37,529 nt of DNA from Acutalibacteraceae bacterium (GTDB taxonomy: Bacteria; Bacillota; Clostridia; Oscillospirales; Acutalibacteraceae), in NCBI GenBank assembly GCA_045602605.1, contig JAZSBX010000044.1, forward strand, positions 1 through 37,529, written 5' to 3'. Position 1 is the stretch's first letter. The number at the start of each line of letters is the position of its first letter. The notes beneath the pieces were generated by a model, which did no database searches, was not told the origin of the DNA, and saw only the letters and a program-made list of their open reading frames with translations. This document shows positions 18,316 through 27,251 of the stretch, piece after piece. The translations under genes were made by a program, and so were the position numbers.

Positions 18316-19210
18316 ATTTACAGCCCAAAAGGCGGACGAAAACGTCCGCCTTGATACCTTTGTTGCTGAAAACAGCGAGGCCACCCGTTCCTATGCCGCC
18401 AAACTGATTAGTGATGGATTTGTAACGGTTAACTCAAGGACTGTGAATAAAAATTACAAGCTTAAAACGGGTGACGCGGTGGAAATTACCATCCCTGAAC
18501 CTGAACCGCTGCAAATTGCGGCGGAAAACATTCCTCTTAACATTGTTTATGAGGACAGCGACCTGCTGGTTGTAAACAAGGAAAAGGGAATGGTGGTGCA
18601 CCCTGCGGCAGGAAATTACACGGGCACACTTGTTAACGCCCTGCTTTACCATTGTGGGGATAGCCTTTCGGGGATAAACGGGGTAATGCGCCCGGGTATT
18701 CTTCACCGAATTGATAAGGACACAAGCGGTCTTTTGGTGGTGGCAAAAAACGATAATGCCCACCGCTTTTTAAGCGAACAGATAAAGGAACATTCCTTCA
18801 CCCGTGAATATGAAACGGTGGTTTACGGCGGTTTTAAAGAAACCGAGGGCACGATTAACGCGCCCATTGGCAGGCACCCCGTAAAAAGAAAGGAAATGGC
18901 CGTTACCGAGCAAAATTCCAAAGAAGCGGTCACCCATTTTACGGTGCTTTGCACAAACGGACAGTTTTCACACCTTAAAGTGAGCCTTGAAACGGGCAGA
19001 ACCCACCAGATAAGGGTGCATATGGCATTTATCGGTCATCCCGTTGCAGGCGATGCGGTTTACGGGCCCAAAAAGGTGATAACCGAACTTGGGGGCCAGT
19101 GCCTGCACGCAAGGAAAATCGGTTTTATTCACCCAACCACAAAGAAGTATATGGAATTTTCAAGCGAACTCCCCGCTTATTTCACCTCGTTTTTAGAAAG
19201 GAAATTATAA
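18308..19210 (+). CDS. rluD: RluA-family 23S rRNA pseudouridine synthase (RluD-like)
   Basis: 300 aa. N-terminal S4 domain, catalytic HRIDKDTSGLLVVAK, and RTHQIRVH. Confidence 0.88.
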   Translation: MIKFTAQKADENVRLDTFVAENSEATRSYAAKLISDGFVTVNSRTVNKNYKLKTGDAVEITIPEPEPLQIAAENIPLNIVYEDSDLLVVNKEKGMVVHPAAGNYTGTLVNALLYHCGDSLSGINGVMRPGILHRIDKDTSGLLVVAKNDNAHRFLSEQIKEHSFTREYETVVYGGFKETEGTINAPIGRHPVKRKEMAVTEQNSKEAVTHFTVLCTNGQFSHLKVSLETGRTHQIRVHMAFIGHPVAGDAVYGPKKVITELGGQCLHARKIGFIHPTTKKYMEFSSELPAYFTSFLERKL

Positions 19211-19211
19211 A

Positions 19212-20042
19212 ATGGGGATTTTTGATGGCTGTCTTTTGGCCTGTGATATTGACGGCACGCTTATAAACAACGGTGTTTTGCCACCCGAAAATGTTGAAAA
19301 AATTAAATATTTCATAGGTGAGGGCGGCAAATTTTGTTTATCCTCAGGTCGTTCGGCCGAAGGGATTATGCCTGCGGTTCGTAAGCTTTGTGATATTTCG
19401 GCAAGCATTGTTCAAAACGGCGCGGTTATTTATGATTCCACTAGTAAAAAGGTTTTGAAACAAAACTTTTTGGAGGAAGCCGATAAGGCTTATGTTAAAT
19501 ATATCAGCGAGAATTTTAAAAACGTTGGTATCAAGGTGCATGTTGGCCACATTTCCTACACCCTTAATCGCAATGAGGAGGTTATCGACCACGAAACCTA
19601 CGAGGAATTAACGCCCATTGATGTGACATATAACGATATTAAGGATATTAAGTGGTGCAAGGCCATTTTGTTTCCGCCCGACAGCGAGACCTATGAAAAG
19701 GTGGCGGCGCTAACCCCAAAAAAGCACAACAGCCGATTTGTGAGAACCAACGCCTTTGTTTACGGCAGAATGCGCCACTATTTCGAGCAGTTGCCAAAGG
19801 GCGTTTCAAAGGCTTCGGCCCTTGCCGACCTTAAGGAAATTTACAAGATAAGTGACGGCAATGTTTTTGCCATTGGCGATTATTACAACGACCTTGAAAT
19901 GATTTGCGCCGCCGACATTGGCGCCGCAACCGAGGAATCCCCTCAGGATATTAAAGAAAAAGCCAAGTACATAACCTGCCCCTGCGCCCACGGCGCGGTT
20001 GCAGATTTTATAGATTATTTAACAAAAATCAAAGGAGAGTAA
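19212..20042 (+). CDS. Cof-type HAD-IIB family hydrolase
   Basis: 276 aa. Motif I DIDGTL, SSGR, and C-terminal GDYYNDLEM. Confidence 0.8.
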   Translation: MGIFDGCLLACDIDGTLINNGVLPPENVEKIKYFIGEGGKFCLSSGRSAEGIMPAVRKLCDISASIVQNGAVIYDSTSKKVLKQNFLEEADKAYVKYISENFKNVGIKVHVGHISYTLNRNEEVIDHETYEELTPIDVTYNDIKDIKWCKAILFPPDSETYEKVAALTPKKHNSRFVRTNAFVYGRMRHYFEQLPKGVSKASALADLKEIYKISDGNVFAIGDYYNDLEMICAADIGAATEESPQDIKEKAKYITCPCAHGAVADFIDYLTKIKGE

Positions 20043-20049
20043 AATCAAG

Positions 20050-20886
20050 ATGAATGCACAAACAAAATTAGAACTGCAAAAACAAGCCGCTAAAGCGCGA
20101 ATTGGCATCATTAAAAGCGTTCACGCCGCAAAGGCTGGTCATCCGGGCGGCTCGCTTTCCTGCGCAGATATTATTACATATCTTTATTTTAAAGAGATGA
20201 ACATTGACCCTGAAAATCCTAAAATGGAGTCAAGAGACCGCTTTGTTCTTTCAAAGGGTCACGCAGCGCCGGCGCTCTATTCGGTTCTTGCTCACCGCGG
20301 CTTCTTCCCCGTGGAAGAGCTTATTACCCTTCGTAAATACAATTCAAGATTACAGGGCCACCCCGATATGAAAAATATCCCCGGCGTTGATATGTCATCA
20401 GGCTCACTCGGTCAGGGCATTTCTACGGCCGTTGGAATGGCCCTTTCCTCAAAGCATTTTGAAAGCGGTTTCCGTGTTTATACAGTTCTTGGTGACGGTG
20501 AAATCGAAGAAGGTCAGGTTTGGGAAGCGGCAATGTTTGCAGGCAATAAAAACCTTGATAACCTTGTGGCCTTTGTTGATTTTAACAATCTTCAGATTGA
20601 CGGCACCTGCGATGAGGTTAACTCTCCTTCTCCCATTGATAAAAAGTTCGAAGCCTTTGGCTGGAACGTTATAACCATTGACGGTCACGATTTTGACCAG
20701 ATTGAAGATGCTTTAAACAAAGCCAGACAGCTTAAAGGCAAGCCCACCGCCATTGTTGCAAAAACGGTTAAGGGCAAGGGCGTGTCCTTTATGGAAAACG
20801 CGGTTAATTGGCACGGCAGCGCACCGAATGATGAGCAGGCCGCCATTGCCGTTAGTGAGTTAGAAGCCGCACTTAAGGCGCTTTAA
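20050..20886 (+). CDS. Transketolase, N-terminal (TPP-binding) subunit
   Basis: 278 aa. GHPGGSLS, SKGHAAPALY, GSLGQG, LGDGEIEEGQVWEA. Split-gene form typical of Clostridia. Confidence 0.9.
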   Translation: MNAQTKLELQKQAAKARIGIIKSVHAAKAGHPGGSLSCADIITYLYFKEMNIDPENPKMESRDRFVLSKGHAAPALYSVLAHRGFFPVEELITLRKYNSRLQGHPDMKNIPGVDMSSGSLGQGISTAVGMALSSKHFESGFRVYTVLGDGEIEEGQVWEAAMFAGNKNLDNLVAFVDFNNLQIDGTCDEVNSPSPIDKKFEAFGWNVITIDGHDFDQIEDALNKARQLKGKPTAIVAKTVKGKGVSFMENAVNWHGSAPNDEQAAIAVSELEAALKAL

Positions 20887-20902
20887 TAGGGAGGAAATTA
20901 AA

Positions 20903-21850
20903 ATGGCTGATATTAAAAAAATTGCTACAAGAGATGCCTATGGCGCAGCCCTTGTTGAACTTGCTGAAACCAATAAAGATTTTATCGTTATGGATGCCGA
21001 CCTTGCGGCCGCAACCAAAACGGGTATGTTTAAAAAGGCTTACCCTGAGCGCTTTTACAACTGCGGTATTGCAGAGCAAAATATGGTGAGCATCGCTGCT
21101 GGTATTGCCGCAACAGGCAAAAGAGTTTTTGTCAGCTCCTTTGCAATGTTTGCCGCAGGCAGAGCCTTTGAACAGGTAAGAAACTCGGTTGGCTACCCCC
21201 ATTTAAACGTTATCATCGGCGCAACCCACGCAGGTATCTCTGTTGGTGAGGATGGCGCAACCCATCAATGCTGTGAGGATATCGCTTTAATGCGCACCAT
21301 TCCCGGAATGACCGTTATTAACCCTGCCGATGCTGTTGAAACAAGAAAGGCAGTGCTTGCCGCAGTGAAGCATGATGGCCCTGTTTATATGCGCTTTGGC
21401 CGTCTTGCAGTGCCCGTTGTTTTCGATGATGATTACAACTTTGAAATCGGCAAAGGCGTAGAGCTTAAAGAGGGAAGCGATGTTACAATCGTTGCAACCG
21501 GTCTTATGGTTGCCGAGGCGCTTGAGGCCTATGAAATTTTAAAGGCCGAAGGCATAAATGCCAGAATTATTAACATTGCCACCATTAAACCTTTAGATAA
21601 AGAAATCATTATTAAGGCCGCTAAAGAAACAGGCGCCATTGTAACAGCCGAGGAACATTCGGTTATCGGCGGTTTAGGCAGCGCAGTTGCCGATGTTATC
21701 ACCGAGGAGTGCCCCGTTCCTGTTTTGAAGGTGGGTGTTAACGATACCTTTGGTAAATCAGGTCCTGCAGCGGAACTTCTTGATAAATTCGGCCTTCGTG
21801 GTGTTAACATTGCCGAAATGGCAAGGAAGGCAATCTCCCTTAAAAAATAA
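20903..21850 (+). CDS. Transketolase, C-terminal (pyrimidine-binding) subunit
   Basis: 315 aa. RDAYGAALVEL, CGIAEQNMV, GEDGATHQ, IATIKPLD. Confidence 0.9.
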   Translation: MADIKKIATRDAYGAALVELAETNKDFIVMDADLAAATKTGMFKKAYPERFYNCGIAEQNMVSIAAGIAATGKRVFVSSFAMFAAGRAFEQVRNSVGYPHLNVIIGATHAGISVGEDGATHQCCEDIALMRTIPGMTVINPADAVETRKAVLAAVKHDGPVYMRFGRLAVPVVFDDDYNFEIGKGVELKEGSDVTIVATGLMVAEALEAYEILKAEGINARIINIATIKPLDKEIIIKAAKETGAIVTAEEHSVIGGLGSAVADVITEECPVPVLKVGVNDTFGKSGPAAELLDKFGLRGVNIAEMARKAISLKK

Positions 21851-21870
21851 AAAATGCGGAGGAAAAGTGA

Positions 21871-22560
21871 ATGGGCATCATCCTTGATTTAATTATTGTT
21901 GCTATAATTGCGGTCACCGTAATTATTAGCGCAAAGCAGGGCTTTGTCAAAACGGTGATAGAGGTTGTGGGCTTCCTGCTTGCTGTTTACGTTTCCTTCA
22001 CCTTCAGCGCCCCCGTTGCAAATTTTGTTTATGACAAGGCGGTGAGCCCCACCGTTATGACCGCCATTGAGCAAGGTGTTGAGGAAACCACAACCGATGC
22101 CGCAAAATCGGTTTACGAAAAACTGCCAAAGTTTATAAAAAACAACCTTGAATTTTTCGGTGTGAGCGATGAAGAACTGACAAATCACGTTAATTCAAGC
22201 CTCGGCGGCGGTGCCGCAAGCGTTGCCGAAACGGTCAGCGAAAAGGTGGTAGAACCCATCGTTGTTTCGGTTATTAAAACCCTTGTGAGCGTAATTTTGT
22301 TTGTGGTTTTGATGTTTGTTGTAAGAATTCTGGCAAAAATGCTCAACAAACTGTTCTCCTTCTCTGTTGTGGGAACTCTGAACCGAGTGCTGGGCGGAAT
22401 GCTGGGCGCAGTTAAGGGTGTAATATTCGCGGCGGTATTTTGCGCCGTAGCCATTTTTGTGGGAGCTCTTGCAGGCGGGAAAATTTCAGAGGCCGTGGAA
22501 AGCTCTTACATTTGCAACTATTTAAATGCGCTTTTAGGCGTTAACTTTTTGGGGATTTAA
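21871..22560 (+). CDS. cvpA: CvpA-family membrane protein
   Basis: 229 aa. The N-terminus ILDLIIVAIIAVTVIISAKQGFVKTVIEVVGFLLA is the Colicin_V family pattern. Four TM segments. Confidence 0.7.
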   Translation: MGIILDLIIVAIIAVTVIISAKQGFVKTVIEVVGFLLAVYVSFTFSAPVANFVYDKAVSPTVMTAIEQGVEETTTDAAKSVYEKLPKFIKNNLEFFGVSDEELTNHVNSSLGGGAASVAETVSEKVVEPIVVSVIKTLVSVILFVVLMFVVRILAKMLNKLFSFSVVGTLNRVLGGMLGAVKGVIFAAVFCAVAIFVGALAGGKISEAVESSYICNYLNALLGVNFLGI

Positions 22561-22595
22561 AAAACACAATATATTTTAAGAATTGGGAAAGAAAA

Positions 22596-23177
22596 ATGAA
22601 CAACAAAATTTTCACAATACCGAATATTATTTCTTTTTTCAGAATTGCGCTGATTATTGCGTTTGTTCCGATATATTTTGCAAATAATATAGAAAACAAC
22701 CAGGTGATTGCCTTTGGCATTATTTTGCTCTCAGGCCTTAGCGATGTGGTTGACGGTTTTATTGCCCGTCGGTTTAATATGGTGAGTGACCTTGGCAAAA
22801 TTCTTGACCCCATTGCCGATAAACTAACCCAGGCGGCAATGCTTTTCTGCCTGCTTGTTAAACACAAAATGCTGCTGCCTATGTTTATCGTTCTTTTTGT
22901 TAAGGAATTGCTTACCGCAATTGCGGTGGCATATCTGCTGAAAAACGGTTTAATTAAGCCTATGTCGGCAAGATGGTGGGGCAAGCTTTCCACAGTTGCA
23001 ATTTATTCCACCATTATTTATGTTGTTCTTATGGAGTTTATAGCGGTTCTTCCCTCTGTTGTTGCGAGTATTCTTGCGGTGGTATCTATCGCTTGTATGA
23101 TTCTTTCAATGCTGGGATATATGCAGGTTGTGCTTAAAAACACAACCTCTGCCACACAAGAAGAAAATAAGGAGTAA
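22596..23177 (+). CDS. CDP-alcohol phosphatidyltransferase family protein (PgsA-like)
   Basis: 193 aa. Full D(x)2DG(x)2AR(x)8G(x)3D(x)3D motif: SDVVDGFIARRFNMVSDLGKILDPIADK. Confidence 0.8.
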   Translation: MNNKIFTIPNIISFFRIALIIAFVPIYFANNIENNQVIAFGIILLSGLSDVVDGFIARRFNMVSDLGKILDPIADKLTQAAMLFCLLVKHKMLLPMFIVLFVKELLTAIAVAYLLKNGLIKPMSARWWGKLSTVAIYSTIIYVVLMEFIAVLPSVVASILAVVSIACMILSMLGYMQVVLKNTTSATQEENKE

Positions 23178-23185
23178 GTCAATTT

Positions 23186-25456
23186 ATGAATTTGTGTTCC
23201 AAGTGCAAAAAGCGCCCTGCTATGGTGTTCATTTCTGACCCGAGTCAGCCCAATGCCCAGCCTCAGGGACTTTGTCTTGTTTGCGCTAAAGAGATGGGGG
23301 TTAAACCCATCAACGATATGCTTGAAAAAATGAATATTACCGATGATGATATCGAGCAGTTAAGCGAGCAGTTCGGTGATATTATGGCTATGGGAGAAAA
23401 CGATGAGGATGGCTTTGATTTAGGCACGGCCCCTGCGTTTCCTTTCCTTAATAATATTTTCGGCGGCGCCGCGCCCAAAAGCGATAATGCCGATAAAAAG
23501 GAAAAAGGGGAGAAGGGCGCCAAAAAGGGACAGGACAAAAAGCGCAAGCGTCACCTTGAAACCTATTGCACCAATTTAAACGACCGCGCAAAGCGTGGTG
23601 AACTTGACGTTATTGTTGGCCGCGATGAGGAACTTTATCGCACAATTCAAATTCTCTCCCGCCGCACCAAAAACAACCCCTGCCTTATCGGTGAACCCGG
23701 TGTTGGTAAAACCGCCATTGCCGAAGGGCTAGCCATAAAAATTGCAAACGGCACCGCCCCTGCAAGGTTGCTTGACAAGGAAATTTATCTTCTTGATATG
23801 ACGGGACTTGTTGCAGGCACTCAGTTTAGAGGGCAGTTTGAAAGCCGCGTTAAGGGTCTTGTTGAGGAAATCAAAGAGGCCGGCAATATTATTTTGTTTA
23901 TTGATGAAATTCATAACCTTGTTGGCGCAGGCGATGCCACCGAGGGTTCAATGAACGCCGCCAACATTTTAAAGCCTGCCCTTTCACGCGGCCAGATTCA
24001 GGTCATCGGCGCAACAACCTTTAAGGAATACAGAAAATACATCGAAAAGGATGCCGCATTAGAACGGCGTTTCCAGCCCGTTAAAATTGAGGAGCCGTCT
24101 ACAGTTGAGGCCGAAAAAATCTTAATGGGCGTAAAGGGTTATTACGAGGGCTATCACAACGTTAAAATTCCCGATGAAATGATTGGAAAAATCGTTTCAC
24201 TTTCAGAGCGTTATGTAACCGACAGATTTTTGCCCGACAAGGCCATTGATTTGCTTGATGAGTCCTGCGCCTGCGCTGCTCTTGAAAACCCTGCCATTGA
24301 TGAGCTTTATGTTGCAAACAAAAAAATTAAGGAATATTCATTAGAGCTTGAGAATTTGGAGCAGGATGTAGAAAATCCCGATTACGAAAAGATTGCCAAA
24401 TTAAAGGCAAATCTTGAGAAATACAAGGCAACGGCGCAGGGTCTTTACGAGCCTGCCGCCAACAACACCGTAAGTTTTTCAGACGTTGCAAAGGTTATCG
24501 AGCTTTGGACGGGTATTCCAGCCGTTAAGGTTGAGGAAAGCGATTTAAAGAAGCTTGCAAGTCTTGAGGATGAAATAAAGAAGAAAATCATCGGTCAGGA
24601 TGAAGCCGCAAGCCTTGTTACCGCCGCCGTTAAGCGTTCAAGGGTGCAAACCTCTGCCGTAAAGCGCCCTGCATCATTTATCTTTGTGGGCCCTACGGGC
24701 GTGGGCAAAACCCAGCTTGTTAAGGTGCTGTCGGAACAACTTTTTTCAACCCCTGAAACGATGCTCCGCTTTGATATGTCGGAGTTTATGGAAAAGCACT
24801 CGGTTTCCCGCCTTATCGGAGCCCCTCCCGGATATGTGGGCTATGACGATGCAGGTCAGCTTACCGAAAAGGTAAGGCGAAAGCCCTACAGCGTTATTCT
24901 TTTTGATGAAATTGAAAAGGCGCACCCCGATGTTTTGAATATTCTTTTGCAAATTCTTGATGACGGTCGTATCACCGATTCACAGGGCCGCACCGTTAAT
25001 TTTGAAAACACCATAATCGTTATGACCTCAAACGCGGGAAGTGACAGAACCGACACCCTTATGGGCTTCGGTAAAACAAGGGAGGATGCCTCAAAGGAAA
25101 AGGCCATTAAAGCACTGGAGGATTTCCTGCGCCCCGAGTTTTTAGGTCGTGTTGACGAGGTTGTTGTTTTTGCGCCTCTTAAAAAGGAGTCCCTTGAGAA
25201 AATCGCGGCGCTTATGCTTAATGAACTTAAAGAGGCAATGCTTCAAAAGGATATTAAGGTAAGTTACAGTGACAGCGTATGCAAATACCTTGCCGAAAAG
25301 GGTGACGGCGCAAAAGAGGGCGCTCGAATTCTCCGCAATATGATAAGAAGAGAAATTGAAAACGAAATCGTTAATATTATAATTGACAAGGGTGAAAACG
25401 CTGTTAAAGAAATCAGCATTGATTATAAGGACACCCTTGAAATCAGCGCAAATTAG
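23186..25456 (+). CDS. Clp/Hsp100 AAA+ unfoldase with two ATPase domains and an N-terminal zinc ribbon (ClpE-like)
   Basis: 756 aa. N-terminal CSKC...CLVC, a K/E-rich linker, AAA-1 [12 protein letters not shown]-2 GPTGVGKT, a ClpB_D2-small C-terminus, and [12 protein letters not shown]. No canonical Clp_N repeat is visible. Confidence 0.85.
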   Translation: MNLCSKCKKRPAMVFISDPSQPNAQPQGLCLVCAKEMGVKPINDMLEKMNITDDDIEQLSEQFGDIMAMGENDEDGFDLGTAPAFPFLNNIFGGAAPKSDNADKKEKGEKGAKKGQDKKRKRHLETYCTNLNDRAKRGELDVIVGRDEELYRTIQILSRRTKNNPCLIGEPGVGKTAIAEGLAIKIANGTAPARLLDKEIYLLDMTGLVAGTQFRGQFESRVKGLVEEIKEAGNIILFIDEIHNLVGAGDATEGSMNAANILKPALSRGQIQVIGATTFKEYRKYIEKDAALERRFQPVKIEEPSTVEAEKILMGVKGYYEGYHNVKIPDEMIGKIVSLSERYVTDRFLPDKAIDLLDESCACAALENPAIDELYVANKKIKEYSLELENLEQDVENPDYEKIAKLKANLEKYKATAQGLYEPAANNTVSFSDVAKVIELWTGIPAVKVEESDLKKLASLEDEIKKKIIGQDEAASLVTAAVKRSRVQTSAVKRPASFIFVGPTGVGKTQLVKVLSEQLFSTPETMLRFDMSEFMEKHSVSRLIGAPPGYVGYDDAGQLTEKVRRKPYSVILFDEIEKAHPDVLNILLQILDDGRITDSQGRTVNFENTIIVMTSNAGSDRTDTLMGFGKTREDASKEKAIKALEDFLRPEFLGRVDEVVVFAPLKKESLEKIAALMLNELKEAMLQKDIKVSYSDSVCKYLAEKGDGAKEGARILRNMIRREIENEIVNIIIDKGENAVKEISIDYKDTLEISAN

Positions 25457-25481
25457 CCCTTAAAAATCCAAAGAAAAACAC

Positions 25482-25510
25482 TTGACTAACGGCAAGTTAT
25501 GTGGTAAGAT
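25482..25510 (+). promoter_or_regulatory. Putative sigma-A promoter for the tRNA pair
   Basis: TTGACT (25482-25487), 17-nt spacer, TAAGAT (25505-25510), about 30 nt upstream of tRNA-Gly. Confidence 0.5.
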
Positions 25511-25540
25511 ATAACTTGCCGTTTGAGGCGAATAGTGTAT

Positions 25541-25615
25541 GCGGGTGTAGTTCAATGGCTAGAATTCCAGCCTTCCAAGCTGGCTGTGTGGGTTCGATTC
25601 CCATCACCCGCTCCA
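25541..25615 (+). tRNA. tRNA-Gly (anticodon UCC), CCA encoded
   Basis: Cloverleaf folded by hand: acceptor GCGGGTG/CACCCGC, anticodon stem CCAGC/GCTGG with loop CTTCCAA, T-loop TTCGATT, discriminator T, then CCA. Confidence 0.93.
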
Positions 25616-25638
25616 TTTTTTTGCCCAAAATTTAATAT

Positions 25639-25715
25639 GCGCTGATAGCTCAGCCGGATAGAGCATCTGCCTTCTAAGCAGAGGGTCGGGGGTTCGAGTC
25701 CCTTTCAGCGCGCCA
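25639..25715 (+). tRNA. tRNA-Arg (anticodon UCU), CCA encoded
   Basis: Acceptor GCGCTGA/TCAGCGC, D-arm GCTC/GAGC, anticodon stem TCTGC/GCAGA with loop CTTCTAA, T-arm GGGGG-TTCGAGT-CCCTT, discriminator G, then CCA. Confidence 0.93.
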
Positions 25716-25720
25716 AAAAC

Positions 25721-25754
25721 AAAAGCACCGCAAAAGCGGTGCTTTTTGTTTTTT
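25721..25754 (+). terminator. Intrinsic terminator of the tRNA operon
   Basis: GCACCGC-AAAA-GCGGTGC stem-loop followed by TTTTTGTTTTTT. Confidence 0.85.
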
Positions 25755-25862
25755 GGTGTGAGATTTAATAAAGGGACTCGAACAGGAGGGAGCGTAAGCG
25801 GAAGAAAACAGTCCGGGGGACTGTTTTCGCCGACGCGGGCGTGTAGGTGCAGAGCACCGTAG

Positions 25863-25920
25863 CGAGTCCCTTTCAGCGCGCCAAAAACAAAAGCACTGCA
25901 AAAGCGGTGCTTTCGTTTTT
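25863..25920 (+). repeat. Second copy of the tRNA-Arg 3' end (T-loop to CCA) plus terminator. Direct repeat of 25695-25757.
   Basis: 25863-25896 is identical to 25695-25728 (34/34). There is one C>T change at 25897, 16 more identical nt, then a degenerate T-tract. No matching tRNA 5' half lies upstream, so this is a fragment and not a gene. Confidence 0.85.
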
Positions 25921-25947
25921 AATCTGCAAATTCCTTTCAAATAATCC

Positions 25948-25976
25948 TTTACAATAGGCAGACAAGGAGGTATAAT
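25948..25976 (+). promoter_or_regulatory. Putative sigma-A promoter
   Basis: TTTACA (25948-25953), 17-nt spacer, TATAAT (25971-25976), upstream of the 101-aa membrane protein gene. Confidence 0.55.
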
Positions 25977-25998
25977 TTGACAGGAAGGGGGAAGAAAG

Positions 25999-26304
25999 AT
26001 GGCTGAATTTTTTGAAATTTTAATGATTGTAGCATTCGGTGCTTCCTGGCCTATGAACGTTATAAAATCCTATAAAGCAAGAACTGCAAAGGGTAAAAGT
26101 CTTGGTTTTTTGTGCCTTATTTTCTTTGGCTACATTGCGGGAATAACCTCAAAACTTATAAACCAAGATTATATGGCGGACTTTGCTTCCAAATGGTACG
26201 TTTTGTTTTTTTATCTGCTTAATCTTTTAATGGTTGGCATTGATTTGTGTCTTTACGCAAGAAACAAAAAAATTGATAAAGACAAAGAAAAATGCGAAGG
26301 GTAA
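25999..26304 (+). CDS. Small 3-TM membrane protein, PQ-loop/SemiSWEET-like
   Basis: 101 aa. Three hydrophobic helices. WPMNVIKSYKARTAKGKS resembles a PQ-loop motif followed by a basic loop. GGGGGAAG-type RBS. Confidence 0.55.
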   Translation: MAEFFEILMIVAFGASWPMNVIKSYKARTAKGKSLGFLCLIFFGYIAGITSKLINQDYMADFASKWYVLFFYLLNLLMVGIDLCLYARNKKIDKDKEKCEG

Positions 26305-26387
26305 AAGACATTTGTTATTGTGAAAAACGGGACTTTGCCCCGATATCCGTTTATACGGATTTGCAAAAACATTAAAGGATTAAAAGT

Positions 26388-27113
26388 ATGAAAATTTTAT
26401 CTATTGGCAACAGCTTTTCCAATGATGCGCACGGCTGGCTTCAAAAATTGGCGCAGGCAAACGGTGACTGCCTTGAAACGGCTAATCTTTTTATAGGCGG
26501 TTGCAGTTTAGAAACCCATTGGCAAAACGTAACGGAAAATAACGAAGCATACGATTACGAGATAAACGGCGGTCAAGCAAGCCGTAAAATCAGTATTATT
26601 GATGCCCTGCGGGCCGATAATTGGGATATTATAACGCTTCAGCAGGTGAGTCAGTTTAGCGGTATGATTGAAACCTACGAGCCGTATCTTTCGGCCCTTG
26701 CGGATTTGGTAAGAAAAGAAAAGCCTGATGCAAAACTTTATTTTCATCAGACCTGGGCTTACGAAATCGATACCACACACGAAGGTTTTAAAAATTATGA
26801 CAACGACCAAAGATATATGTACGACTGCATTGAAAGAGCTTCGAAGCAGGCAGCAAAAAAAATAAATGCCGAGATTATACCTGTTGGCCGGGAAATTCAG
26901 TATATCCGCGAGAATATTAAGGAGTTTGATTATAAAAACGGCGGGCTGTCCCTTTGTCGCGATGGCTTTCATTTGACCTTTGATTACGGGCGGTTTGCCG
27001 CCGCTGCAGTTTGGTTGCGCACGCTGACGGGCAAAAGCGTTAATGTGACCGAATTCCAAAATTTCAACCCCGAAATTTTAAAGAAAATTATAAGAGCGGT
27101 AAACGAGCTTTAA
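26388..27113 (+). CDS. DUF4886/SGNH-hydrolase-like protein
   Basis: 241 aa. The N-terminus MKILSIGNSFSNDA is a GDSL-like block I. No signal peptide. Confidence 0.7.
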   Translation: MKILSIGNSFSNDAHGWLQKLAQANGDCLETANLFIGGCSLETHWQNVTENNEAYDYEINGGQASRKISIIDALRADNWDIITLQQVSQFSGMIETYEPYLSALADLVRKEKPDAKLYFHQTWAYEIDTTHEGFKNYDNDQRYMYDCIERASKQAAKKINAEIIPVGREIQYIRENIKEFDYKNGGLSLCRDGFHLTFDYGRFAAAAVWLRTLTGKSVNVTEFQNFNPEILKKIIRAVNEL

Positions 27114-27126
27114 GTCTAACACAGTA

Positions 27127-27166
27127 AATCCCTTGATTATTATTCTAATCAGGGGATTTCTTTTTA
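27127..27166 (+). terminator. Intrinsic terminator
   Basis: AAATCCCTTGATTA / TAATCAGGGGATTT forms a 14-bp stem with one G-U, followed by CTTTTT. Confidence 0.8.
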
Positions 27167-27193
27167 AGATATTATGTTTTAGGCGTTTTTTCT

Positions 27194-27222
27194 TGAAAAA
27201 AGGGCGAGAATGTGGTAAAATG
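27194..27222 (+). promoter_or_regulatory. Putative extended -10 sigma-A promoter
   Basis: TTGAAA (27194-27199), 17-nt spacer ending TGG, TAAAAT (27217-27222). Confidence 0.55.
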
Positions 27223-27251
27223 TTTTCGATAGTTTTATTCGGGAGAAGCTT

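Noticed and set aside
25674-25940. 88-aa ORF on the - strand.
   Set aside because: It overlaps tRNA-Arg, its terminator and the duplicated tRNA fragment. Its internal repeat (KAPLL.CFCFWRAERDS) is just the translated direct repeat.
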